Origin: Clostridia bacterium
GTDB taxonomy: Bacteria; Bacillota; Clostridia; Oscillospirales; CAG-272
Direction: 5' to 3'
Length of the DNA: 64,000 bases
NCBI GenBank assembly: GCA_017464565.1
Contig: JAFTZH010000035.1
Location: 149,781 to 213,780 of the forward strand
In this document: piece by piece, positions 8,940-16,891 of the stretch
Numbering within the stretch: position 1 is the first letter of the stretch
Layout of the letters: each line of letters begins with the position of its first letter
Translations under genes and position numbers: made by a program
Notes under the pieces: generated by a model
The model's database searches: none
Told to the model about the DNA's origin: nothing
The model's input: only the letters and a program-made list of their open reading frames with translations

Positions 8940-10607
8940 TTAATCCTCCCAATCGGTAAAATAGACTTCGTAATCCTCGACTATACGGTATTCACCGCCC
9001 GCGTCCTCTATCAGAACGTCTCCGATTATATCAAAGCTCTTTTCGTTTATCTCATCGGCTATACCGTCCGACATTCTTCCGAGTTTTCTTGCCGTCTCTC
9101 TCTGTGCCCGCAGGTCTCCGCGATACACCGCCAGAGCAAAATCGGCAAGCTCTCCGAGAGCCTGTTTCAGTACGGTTCCGTCGGCATTCTCGGTTATATT
9201 CGGCAGAACGTCAAGCGTGTCGCATATCGGCGTTTCAAGCACCGTATTCGGCACCTCTTCGTTTTTCTCCCCGTCATCAAAGGTCTCTATAAGCTCATTA
9301 GTCGTATCCCACGACTCCTCCTCTATTCTGCGTGCGTCGGAAAGAGAGAAAGCCTTTCGAGGCAAATCGTAAAGTACGTCGTATTCCGTTCTCTTCTCTT
9401 TCGCGGCGGTCTTTTTCGGCTTTATCAAACGCTCCTTAAAAAACGCGTCGAGAACGGCTCTGATTCCCGCGTCAAGAGAATAACAGCTAAGCCGTGATTT
9501 TATTCCCATATGCGCCCTTATCTTGTTTTCGGAGTATTTTACTATATCCCCTACGAGATAACGGAATTCGTTGGTTTTTGAGAAGGAGCAATACTCAAGG
9601 TCTATCCTTCTCTTTATTCTGTGCGAGCACAGCGCGCCCGCGTAGGCGTCGCGCGGAAGGCGGCTGTCGTTAAAGCCCGCATTCTCGGTAAGATTTTCAC
9701 GCGAAAGGTATTTTACACCTTCCGAAAGCGCGGAAGGTATATATTCCTCAAACAATTTCAGCGTGTCTCCCGACGCGAATTTGCTCGTATGATAATCGTA
9801 GGACGAGGAAAAAGCCAAAAGTACGTCGGCGTAAGACCTGTAATCGGTTTTAGTATACACGGCGAAGAACTCCTTGACCGAGCAAATATCGGCAACGTCC
9901 TGCAAGCTTATATTCCTCGGCGGAGGCAGACGGTTCATAAAGCTGTAATCGCATATCCATTCTATCAGAAGCTTATTAAGCCTTATATGCTTTTTTCTGT
10001 AAGCTTTCCAAAGCCCGCAAAGCTGGTCTTGCCCGAAAGATGTATCCATAAGGTCTCCGAGATTTATTATCTCGTATATATACAAAAGGATATAGCTGTA
10101 ATCGGCGTCTATATAGTTTCCCCTGCGTGCCTCGCTTCTGAAATACAAGTAATATTCGGTCTGCTTCGGGTCAAGCTGGTCGTATTGAGGAACGTACGAG
10201 AAATAAGGAACGTGCTCGGCAAATTCCACGCTTTCGGGAAGCAAGCGCCGGGCGTCGCGAAGAAAATCGTCGTAATAGCTGTAAGAGGTCTTCCATTTGA
10301 ATATCCTCACTCGGTGTATAAGCGAGTTTTCGGGTGAATATTCAAGCTCAAGCGTATCTTTATTTTTAAACGGCTCGTCGTATTCGGGAGATATCTGCTT
10401 GCGGATAACGTGCGGCTCGTCCGAGAACGAAAGTTTTTCGGAATGAAACTTCTCTTTGTCGGCAAGGTCCTCAAGAACGGATGAAACGGTTATCTCAACA
10501 AGCTCGTCGGCTTTCGGATTTTCCCGTCTCACAGGGCTTTTACGCGGAGCTATAAATTCTATATCCCAAAAATCGTCAAGCTCTTTTTTGCGTGAAATAT
10601 CACTCAT
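8940..10607 (-). CDS. sngA: TerB-N plus TerB-C domain protein (first gene of the trio)
   Basis: 555 aa. TerB-N-like block YFSYVPQYDQLDPKQTEYYLYFRSEARRGNYIDADYSYILLYIYEIINL. C-terminal TerB-C-like block DGIADEINEKSFDIIGDVLIEDAGGEYRI. No TM helix. GGAGGAGAGGG RBS. Confidence 0.7.
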   Translation of the reverse strand: MSDISRKKELDDFWDIEFIAPRKSPVRRENPKADELVEITVSSVLEDLADKEKFHSEKLSFSDEPHVIRKQISPEYDEPFKNKDTLELEYSPENSLIHRVRIFKWKTSYSYYDDFLRDARRLLPESVEFAEHVPYFSYVPQYDQLDPKQTEYYLYFRSEARRGNYIDADYSYILLYIYEIINLGDLMDTSFGQDQLCGLWKAYRKKHIRLNKLLIEWICDYSFMNRLPPPRNISLQDVADICSVKEFFAVYTKTDYRSYADVLLAFSSSYDYHTSKFASGDTLKLFEEYIPSALSEGVKYLSRENLTENAGFNDSRLPRDAYAGALCSHRIKRRIDLEYCSFSKTNEFRYLVGDIVKYSENKIRAHMGIKSRLSCYSLDAGIRAVLDAFFKERLIKPKKTAAKEKRTEYDVLYDLPRKAFSLSDARRIEEESWDTTNELIETFDDGEKNEEVPNTVLETPICDTLDVLPNITENADGTVLKQALGELADFALAVYRGDLRAQRETARKLGRMSDGIADEINEKSFDIIGDVLIEDAGGEYRIVEDYEVYFTDWED

Positions 10608-10642
10608 ATCCCTCTCCTCCCGTGTAAAATCCGTATTATATT

Positions 10643-10671
10643 ATTTTAACATTCTTATCCCTAATTGTCAA
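10643..10671 (-). promoter_or_regulatory. sigma-A promoter of the three-gene operon
   Basis: Minus strand TTGACA (10671-10666), 17-nt spacer, TAAAAT (10648-10643). Confidence 0.6.
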
Positions 10672-10708
10672 TGATATAATACTTTTTTAGATATTTTTAA
10701 AAAAACTC

Positions 10709-10737
10709 TTGCAAAAGCTTTTTATTTGTGTTATAAT
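10709..10737 (+). promoter_or_regulatory. sigma-A promoter of tRNA-Ser (divergent from the trio promoter)
   Basis: TTGCAA (10709-10714), 17-nt spacer, TATAAT (10732-10737). Confidence 0.6.
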
Positions 10738-10798
10738 ATCACGGTCGGCAGTTTAATCTGACGATAACGATAAACAGTTTTATATCAAAACTTGATAC

Positions 10799-10887
10799 GG
10801 AGAGATATCGAAGTGGTCATAACGGGGCTGACTCGAAATCAGTTTGTGCGAAAGCACACGAGGGTTCGAATCCCTCTCTCTCCGCCA
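10799..10887 (+). tRNA. tRNA-Ser (anticodon CGA), class II with long variable arm, encoded CCA
   Basis: 89 nt. Acceptor GGAGAGA/TCTCTCC, anticodon arm GCTGA-CTCGAAA-TCAGT (CGA at 10834-10836), variable arm TTGTGCGAAAGCACACG, T-arm GAGGG-TTCGAAT-CCCTC, discriminator G plus CCA. Confidence 0.92.
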
Positions 10888-10895
10888 AAGCAATG

Positions 10896-10922
10896 CGGAA
10901 CGCCAATCGGCGTTCCGTTTTT
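10896..10922 (+). terminator. intrinsic terminator after tRNA-Ser
   Basis: CGGAACGCC-AATC-GGCGTTCCG followed by TTTTT. Confidence 0.75.
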
Positions 10923-10969
10923 GCTTTGCCGAGATTGGCGGAAAATACACTCCTTTTACTTATCGCAAA

Positions 10970-11566
10970 ATGTTATATGCAAAATATGCAACAAAAGAAG
11001 GCTATAGTGTTTGGATGCTCGCTCATTCAAGTTTGAATGAATCATTTAACAGAAATAGACGCTGGTACAATATTTTTGTTTATCCAGATATTATTAGAGA
11101 GATTTGGTTTAATCCCAGTGATATCAGTATGTCTCAAGAGGATTATTCTTATCGTGTTTGCTTTGCAAAAAACAAAGAGGGCTTATATGTATTCCAAGGT
11201 ATTTACGAGCCTCAAAAAATCGAATGGGAAGAAGTTATGGGAAAAAGAGAGCTTGTGCGAACTTTCAAGCGAATATCCAAAGTCTATCCCATTAGTGAAG
11301 AATCTTTAGAAACTGAAAAAGAAGTTTCAGCTTCTGATATATTTATTAATCTTAAAAGAAAAGAACCTGCATAAATATCTTATGTAATTGATAACTGCCA
11401 GATAAAAGCTCGAATCATTGAAAGCAATAAGGATACCGCTGTAAATGTTGATATTAGCCTTCGTCCTTTTCAAAAAGCATTGATTGGGAAAACAATTAGA
11501 GATACTTTCACCTTGCCAAATGTAAAATTAACATATCAAATCAAAAAAATATTAATTGTAGATTAG
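10970..11566 (+). pseudogene. AT-rich ORF interrupted by an in-frame TAA; the downstream piece has a GreA/GreB C-terminal-like motif
   Basis: The frame from ATG 10970 stops at TAA 11372-11374. The same frame then continues 63 sense codons (ISYVIDNCQIKARII...DISLRPFQKALIGKTIRDTFTLPNVKLTYQIKKILIVD) to TAG 11564-11566 with no usable internal start. Compare SxxSPxxxALIGK...P......I..I of the GreA C-domain. No clear RBS at 10970. The track ORF's N-terminal extension (10844-) overlaps the tRNA and is spurious. Confidence 0.45.
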
Positions 11567-11688
11567 AATTATCTCTCCCAAGGGCTACCCCACGGTAGCC
11601 CTTTCTCTATCCTTCCCCTCACCCAAGCAACTCTCCAATCGCTTGGGCGGTTTACGTTTTGCTTGTTAAATTTGTGGGTAATATAAGT

Positions 11689-11722
11689 CATGGGAGAAGC
11701 TTTCGAGAAAGCTTCTCCCATG
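11689..11722. terminator. palindromic hairpin downstream of the P-type ATPase gene (bidirectional terminator candidate)
   Basis: CATGGGAGAAGCTTTC-GA-GAAAGCTTCTCCCATG, T-run on the plus side (11723-11732). Confidence 0.55.
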
Positions 11723-11733
11723 TTCATTTTTTC

Positions 11734-14400
11734 TTAAATATTCTTTTTCTTCATTACCGCTCTCTGCACGAGCTTGACTATCTCGACTATCGGTATAATG
11801 CTTATGGCAAGGCACATAGCTATGCCGTACTCGGCAAATCCGAGAGGAGCGAGATTGAAGGCGTTCGCGAGGAACGGAATCTCTATAACGAGCGTCGTAA
11901 GCAGGAAGGAAAGTATTCCCGCGCCCCAGAGCCATTTGTTCTGATTCTTCATAGTGAATATCGAACCGTGGAGCGAACGCATATTGAAGGAATGGAATAT
12001 CTCGCACATTGAAAGCGTAAGGAACGCCATAGTGGTTCCGTGTATGCTTTCCTGTCCAACGTTAAAGTTGCCCGTTTCAAGATAATGTCCGACGAAATAA
12101 GACGTGAGCGTAATAATAGTTACGAGAAGTCCCTGGTAAGCTACGGCAAAGCCGAGACCGCCGGCGAAAACGCCTTCCTTGGCGTCGCGGGGCTTGCGGT
12201 TCATAACGTCAGCCTCGGGCTTTTCCATACCGAGTGCGAGTGCCGGGAAACAGTCGGTGATAAGATTTATCCAGAGCAGGTGAACGGGCTGGAATATGGT
12301 AAATCCGAGAAGTGTTGCGAAGAATATCGAAAGCACCTCGGAAAGATTGGAGGCAAGCAGGAACTGAATAGCCTTGCGAATATTATCGTATATTCTTCTT
12401 CCCTCTCCGACAGCCGAAACTATCGTCGCGAAGTTATCGTCGGCAAGTATCATATCGGCAACGTTCTTTGTAACGTCGGTTCCCGTGATTCCCATACCTA
12501 TGCCGATATCGGCGTTTTTGATGGAGGGAGCGTCATTAACTCCGTCGCCTGTCATAGCGGTAACCATACCCTTCTTTCTCCACGCGTTGACTATCCTCGT
12601 TTTATGCTCGGGCTGAACGCGCGCGTAAACCGAATATTTTTCAACCTCTCTGTCGAAATCCTCATCGGATATCTTGTCAAGCTCGGCGCCCGTGATAGCC
12701 TGATCGGCGCTCTCGATTATACCGAGCTGTATAGCGATAGCCACGGCGGTGTCCTTATGGTCTCCCGTTATCATTATAGGTCTGATTCCCGCCGAGCGGC
12801 ACTCGTCGATAGCGGGCTTTACCTCGGGACGCACGGGGTCTATCATTCCCACGAGTCCGACGAAGCAAAGCTCCTGCTCAACGGTATCCGACTCGTAAAC
12901 GGAGGGTTCCTCCGAAAGAGCCTTCTTTGCGGCGGCAAGCACGCGCAGAGCCTTATCCGCCATTCCCTTGTTCGCGGCGAGAATATTCGCTCTTATCTCG
13001 TCGGTCATATCGACCTCGGCACCGCCTACGAGAGCCTTCGTACATCTCTTAAGTATCTCGTCGGGAGCGCCCTTTGTAAACTGTATCAGATTGCCGTCAG
13101 CCGTTCTGTGAACGGTAGACATCATCTTTCTCATTGAATCGAAGGGTACCTCTCCGATACGGACGAATTCATTTTTCTGAACGTTCTTTGAAAGCCCGAG
13201 CTTCTCGGCATAATTGACGAGAGCGCACTCGGTGGGCTCGCCTACCGCGGTTCCCGCTTCGGCATCAAACTCCGCGTCGGAGCAAAGAGACATAGCGTTT
13301 GCGAGAAGCGCCTCGTCCTCGCCGTAATGGTCTACGACCGTCATCTTGTTCTGCGTGAGCGTACCCGTTTTATCGGAGCAGATTATCTGCGTACAGCCGA
13401 GTGTCTCAACCGCCGTCAGCTTACGGATTATCGCGCTGCGCTTCGACATATTGGTAACGCCTATCGAAAGCACTATAGTAACGACCGTCGCAAGTCCCTC
13501 GGGGATTGCCGCGACCGCGAGCGAGATAGCCAGCATAAAGGATTCTATAACGGGCTCAAGTCCTATACCGCCCTGAATAAGCTTTACGCCGAAAATAACC
13601 ACGCATATTCCTATAACGAGATAGGTGAGTATCCTTGAAAGACCCGCAAGCTTTATTTGCAGAGGCGTTTTGCCCTCCTCCGCTTTCGCGAGAGCGTCCG
13701 CTATTTTACCCATTTCGGTATCCATACCCGTTGCGGTAACTACCGCCTTGCCGCGTCCGTAAACGACGGTGCTTCCCATAAACGCCATATTCTTGCGGTC
13801 TCCGAGGGCTACGTCGCCTCCGGCTCCCGCCGTCATCGGCTCCTCCTGCTTGGTAACGGGAACGGATTCTCCCGTCAGCGCCGCTTCCTCTATCTTCATA
13901 CTCGCGCATTCTATTATACGCGCGTCGGCGGGAACGGCGTCGCCCGCCTCAAGAACGATAACGTCTCCGACGACGAGATCCTCGCTCCGTATCGTTATCA
14001 GCTTTCCGTCGCGTATTACCTTTGAGGTAGCGGCGGCTATTTCCTGAAGCGCTTCTATCGCTTTTTCGGCTTTGCTTTCCTGGAATACTCCAAGCACCGC
14101 GTTGATAAGAACTACCGCAAGAATTATAACGACGTCGGAGGGAAAGCCCATATGTCCCGCCATAACGCCCTCGTATATCTCCACTCCTGCCGATATTGCC
14201 GCCGCAACGAGCAGAATAATTGTCATCGGCTCAGCGAGCTGCTTGAAAAACCTGTGAATCAAAGACTCTTTTTTGCCCTCGACAAGCTTGTTTTTTCCTT
14301 TTTTCTCAAGCCTTCGTTCCGCCTCGGCAGACGTAAGACCCGAAGCCTCGGAATCAAGCTCCCGAAGGACCTCTGATGATTGTTCGAGATAAAATTTCAT
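11734..14400 (-). CDS. P2-type cation-transporting ATPase (Ca2+/Mn2+ class)
   Basis: About 888 aa. DKTGTLT phosphorylation site, TGDHKDTA, GDGVNDAP, 10 predicted TM helices. ATG 14400 is preferred over 14406 because AGGAG lies 6 nt upstream of it. Confidence 0.9.
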   Translation of the reverse strand: MKFYLEQSSEVLRELDSEASGLTSAEAERRLEKKGKNKLVEGKKESLIHRFFKQLAEPMTIILLVAAAISAGVEIYEGVMAGHMGFPSDVVIILAVVLINAVLGVFQESKAEKAIEALQEIAAATSKVIRDGKLITIRSEDLVVGDVIVLEAGDAVPADARIIECASMKIEEAALTGESVPVTKQEEPMTAGAGGDVALGDRKNMAFMGSTVVYGRGKAVVTATGMDTEMGKIADALAKAEEGKTPLQIKLAGLSRILTYLVIGICVVIFGVKLIQGGIGLEPVIESFMLAISLAVAAIPEGLATVVTIVLSIGVTNMSKRSAIIRKLTAVETLGCTQIICSDKTGTLTQNKMTVVDHYGEDEALLANAMSLCSDAEFDAEAGTAVGEPTECALVNYAEKLGLSKNVQKNEFVRIGEVPFDSMRKMMSTVHRTADGNLIQFTKGAPDEILKRCTKALVGGAEVDMTDEIRANILAANKGMADKALRVLAAAKKALSEEPSVYESDTVEQELCFVGLVGMIDPVRPEVKPAIDECRSAGIRPIMITGDHKDTAVAIAIQLGIIESADQAITGAELDKISDEDFDREVEKYSVYARVQPEHKTRIVNAWRKKGMVTAMTGDGVNDAPSIKNADIGIGMGITGTDVTKNVADMILADDNFATIVSAVGEGRRIYDNIRKAIQFLLASNLSEVLSIFFATLLGFTIFQPVHLLWINLITDCFPALALGMEKPEADVMNRKPRDAKEGVFAGGLGFAVAYQGLLVTIITLTSYFVGHYLETGNFNVGQESIHGTTMAFLTLSMCEIFHSFNMRSLHGSIFTMKNQNKWLWGAGILSFLLTTLVIEIPFLANAFNLAPLGFAEYGIAMCLAISIIPIVEIVKLVQRAVMKKKNI

Positions 14401-14469
14401 ACGCATCTCCTAAAATATTTATTTTTATTTTATTGCAAATCAAATCAAAAGATAACCGATATAAAAATA

Positions 14470-14608
14470 AAAAACTCAAATACATAGCTATGTATTTGAG
14501 TCTCGTTAATTAAGGCAAGCCAGACCGTTTGGTCAGTGATGTTGACCTGCCGCAATAAATGCAAACTACTCCCTCAAGGAATATCTTTAATTAATTATTA
14601 ATTATCGT
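14470..14608 (-). promoter_or_regulatory. probable yybP-ykoY (Mn2+) riboswitch with expression-platform terminator
   Basis: Minus strand: CUUGAGGGAGUAG (consensus GGGGAGUAG) ... GGUCAACAUCAC ... AACGAGACUCAAA (consensus AAGACC/GAGAC). P1 is UUGAG/CUCAA. The 3' P1 strand is shared with the terminator CTCAAATACATAGCTATGTATTTGAG plus a T-run (plus 14470-14500). Confidence 0.6.
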
Positions 14609-14614
14609 TTTTTA

Positions 14615-14643
14615 ATTTTATCACACCCCGTCGGCATTGTCAA
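14615..14643 (-). promoter_or_regulatory. sigma-A promoter for the riboswitch/ATPase transcript
   Basis: Minus strand TTGACA (14643-14638), 17-nt spacer, TAAAAT (14620-14615). Confidence 0.6.
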
Positions 14644-14662
14644 GAGAATTTCGCAAATTTTA

Positions 14663-14710
14663 CTAAAAAATGCGTTATGCTTCCCCCGATAATCAGGTCG
14701 GGGGAAGCAT
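14663..14710 (-). terminator. intrinsic terminator of the ZIP transporter gene
   Basis: Minus strand ATGCTTCCCCCGAC-CTGATTA-TCGGGGGAAGCAT followed by AACGCATTTTTT. Confidence 0.7.
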
Positions 14711-14719
14711 AAAACCGAA

Positions 14720-15472
14720 TCAGCCGAGCAGAACGTCGGTAAGGAGCATAAGACAGAATCCCACGAGCAAAGCGTAGGTCGCTCCCCTTTCGTGTCCGTG
14801 CGCGTGCGTCTCGGGTATCATCTCGTCGCTGACGACGTACAGCATCGTGCCTCCCGCGAAAGCGAGCGCGAACGGAAGCACCGCGGACGCTGCGCTCACG
14901 GCAAAATAGCCTATCAGCGTACCAACGACCTCCACAAGCCCCGTCGCCATAGCCAGAATCAACGTCCGTTTGGGCGGAACTCCCGCAGAAAGCATAGGTC
15001 CTATAATAACCATACCCTCGGGAATATTCTGCAGGGCTATACCTCCCGCAATAAACAGAGCCTGCGAGGTATTTCCCGAGCCGAAGCCGACGCCCGCGGC
15101 TATTCCCTCGGGAAGATTATGTATAGCGATAGCGGTAACGAACAAAAGCACCTTGCTCAAATTCGCGTTGGAATGAGCCTCGGTATCGACGCCCGCAAGC
15201 TTATGCAGGTGAGGCACGAGTTTATCTATCAGATTGAGGCAGAACGCCCCCGCGAAAATACCGAGTATGGTAATAATAAGTCCGAATTTTCCGCCGTACT
15301 CCAGCGAAGGCAGTATCAGACCGAGTACCGCCGCGGCGAGCATAACGCCCGCGGCAAATGACAGTACGATATCCGAAAAGGTATGAGATATTTTTTTGAA
15401 CAAAAAGCCTATCACCGCTCCCACGGCGGTGGCTCCGCCGACACCGAGAGCTGTCAATAATACGAGCTGCAT
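14720..15472 (-). CDS. ZIP family (ZupT/GufA-like) divalent metal transporter
   Basis: 250 aa, polytopic. Paired motifs AIHNLPEGIAAG and LQNIPEGM. Confidence 0.85.
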   Translation of the reverse strand: MQLVLLTALGVGGATAVGAVIGFLFKKISHTFSDIVLSFAAGVMLAAAVLGLILPSLEYGGKFGLIITILGIFAGAFCLNLIDKLVPHLHKLAGVDTEAHSNANLSKVLLFVTAIAIHNLPEGIAAGVGFGSGNTSQALFIAGGIALQNIPEGMVIIGPMLSAGVPPKRTLILAMATGLVEVVGTLIGYFAVSAASAVLPFALAFAGGTMLYVVSDEMIPETHAHGHERGATYALLVGFCLMLLTDVLLG

Positions 15473-15567
15473 AGTTTCCTCTCAAAGCGTTTTTTATATG
15501 ATAACATATTAAAAGGCAAAAATCAGTTGAATTTTCAACAAAATTCTTGCTTGTGAAAATTTTATTT

Positions 15568-16044
15568 TCAAAATTTTATTACGCCCCACGCTTCCGACAG
15601 CACATCAAGCGTCCACGAGGCGTTGGCGGGAGAGGTGGACGGAAGGCAGACGGCTTCTATGGGAATCTCCGATTTTATATATTTGTTATAATATTTTTCG
15701 GCAGTCCTGCCGTTGAGAAATATTTTTTCTATACGCGAGGCTTTTATTATCGGTGTGATATCGTTCGGCAGGACGTTTTTTATGGAATTATCCGAGCTTC
15801 CCTCTATCTCGCACGACGCTATCACGTCCCACAGGGCTATCCCGCGTTCGAGAAGCAGCCGCTTTTTCTCCTCAACCGTTTCCGGCACTTCGCACCCGAA
15901 AGTAACGGACAGCACTTTCCAGAATCTGTTTTGCGGATGTCCGTAAAAAAAGCCCTCCTCCCTTGAACGTACCGACGGAAAGCTCCCTAATATCAAAACT
16001 CTTGAGCTTTCGTCGTATACGGGGTCTATCGAATGTATAACCAT
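15568..16044 (-). CDS. DNA-deoxyinosine (hypoxanthine) glycosylase, UDG superfamily
   Basis: 158 aa. LILGSFPS...GFFYGHPQNRFW motif of the small UDG-family glycosylases. Confidence 0.7.
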   Translation of the reverse strand: MVIHSIDPVYDESSRVLILGSFPSVRSREEGFFYGHPQNRFWKVLSVTFGCEVPETVEEKKRLLLERGIALWDVIASCEIEGSSDNSIKNVLPNDITPIIKASRIEKIFLNGRTAEKYYNKYIKSEIPIEAVCLPSTSPANASWTLDVLSEAWGVIKF

Positions 16045-16057
16045 ACTACCTCAAATC

Positions 16058-16327
16058 TCAATGATTTCTTTTATAAAAAACTATTCCGAGTATTATCTGC
16101 GCAAGCGAGAGAAACACCGCGACGCTTATGGGAATTACTCCGAGCATATTGCCGTAATCGACGATAAGGACTATTCCTAAAAACGCGAGGGCTATAAATA
16201 TCAGCATAGCGCATACGGCAAATATTTTTATCGCCGTTATCTGTCTCTTGCTGAAATTTTTGTCGGGTACTATAAGAAACAAAAGCTCAAGGTATACCTC
16301 AAAAAATATTTCCGCTATTATCTCCAT
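16058..16327 (-). CDS. small hypothetical membrane protein
   Basis: 89 aa. Two to three hydrophobic helices (IFAVCAMLIFIALAFLGIVLIV; VIPISVAVFLSLAQIILGIVF). No recognisable family. Confidence 0.4.
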   Translation of the reverse strand: MEIIAEIFFEVYLELLFLIVPDKNFSKRQITAIKIFAVCAMLIFIALAFLGIVLIVDYGNMLGVIPISVAVFLSLAQIILGIVFYKRNH

Positions 16328-16345
16328 ACGCTCCGCCCCCGCAAA

Positions 16346-16816
16346 TCAGTTTCTCGAACACTTTTCGGCGTCGATAGCGAGCACTACCATAAGCACGTAA
16401 AGGGAGTCCGCGGGGTCTCTCACGTCAAGAACGTATGTATCGGTCCAATTCCAAAGCTCCTTTGAAACGGTCGCTACCCGCTGACACAAGGCGTTGATTA
16501 TACGATAATCCCACTCAAACCAATCCCCGTCGATATACCAGCCGTTGCAATCTATATTGAATTTCGGCTTAAAAAAGGAAATTTCCTTGCTTATACAGCC
16601 TACGTAACGCTCTCCGATATAAATTTCAAATTTAGGAAGCCAAGTCAGCACCCTTTCCTTGACCGTACCCAGTTCGTTTCCGTAAGCGTCGTAAATTTTC
16701 AGACAATGTCCCCACGAGAGCTGACCTCTCACCGTATAGACGGTCTCCCAGTCTTCGTTGTATATATCATAACTGTCAAACCACGAAAAAAGTCTCTGCT
16801 TAAATAATAGTTTCAT
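16346..16816 (-). CDS. LURP-one-related / tubby C-terminal-like (DUF567) protein
   Basis: MKLLFKQRLFSWFDSYDIYNE...LKIYDAYGNELGTVKERVLTWLPKFEIY pattern. The start is moved to ATG 16816 because AAAGGAGA sits 4 nt upstream of it (track start 16834). Confidence 0.6.
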   Translation of the reverse strand: MKLLFKQRLFSWFDSYDIYNEDWETVYTVRGQLSWGHCLKIYDAYGNELGTVKERVLTWLPKFEIYIGERYVGCISKEISFFKPKFNIDCNGWYIDGDWFEWDYRIINALCQRVATVSKELWNWTDTYVLDVRDPADSLYVLMVVLAIDAEKCSRN

Positions 16817-16891
16817 AAAGTCTCCTTTTCTCATTACGTTATACCGTTTGTATATCCGTATACCGCTGCGCAGACAAATTTTGCTTTATTT

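Noticed and set aside
10844-10969. N-terminal extension of track ORF 10844-11374, overlapping tRNA-Ser and its terminator
   Set aside because: This part of the frame is simply the tRNA and terminator sequence read as codons. Any real coding potential starts at or after ATG 10970.
11560-11660. Possible attR (direct repeat of the tRNA-Ser 3' end) marking an island boundary
   Set aside because: Only a ~7-nt TCTCTCC match near 11570, which is too short to distinguish from chance. No integrase is present.
12040-13137. 365-aa plus-strand ORF antisense to the P2-type ATPase (and smaller ones at 13327-14376)
   Set aside because: Shadow ORFs opposite a conserved P-type ATPase. No RBS and no recognisable domains.
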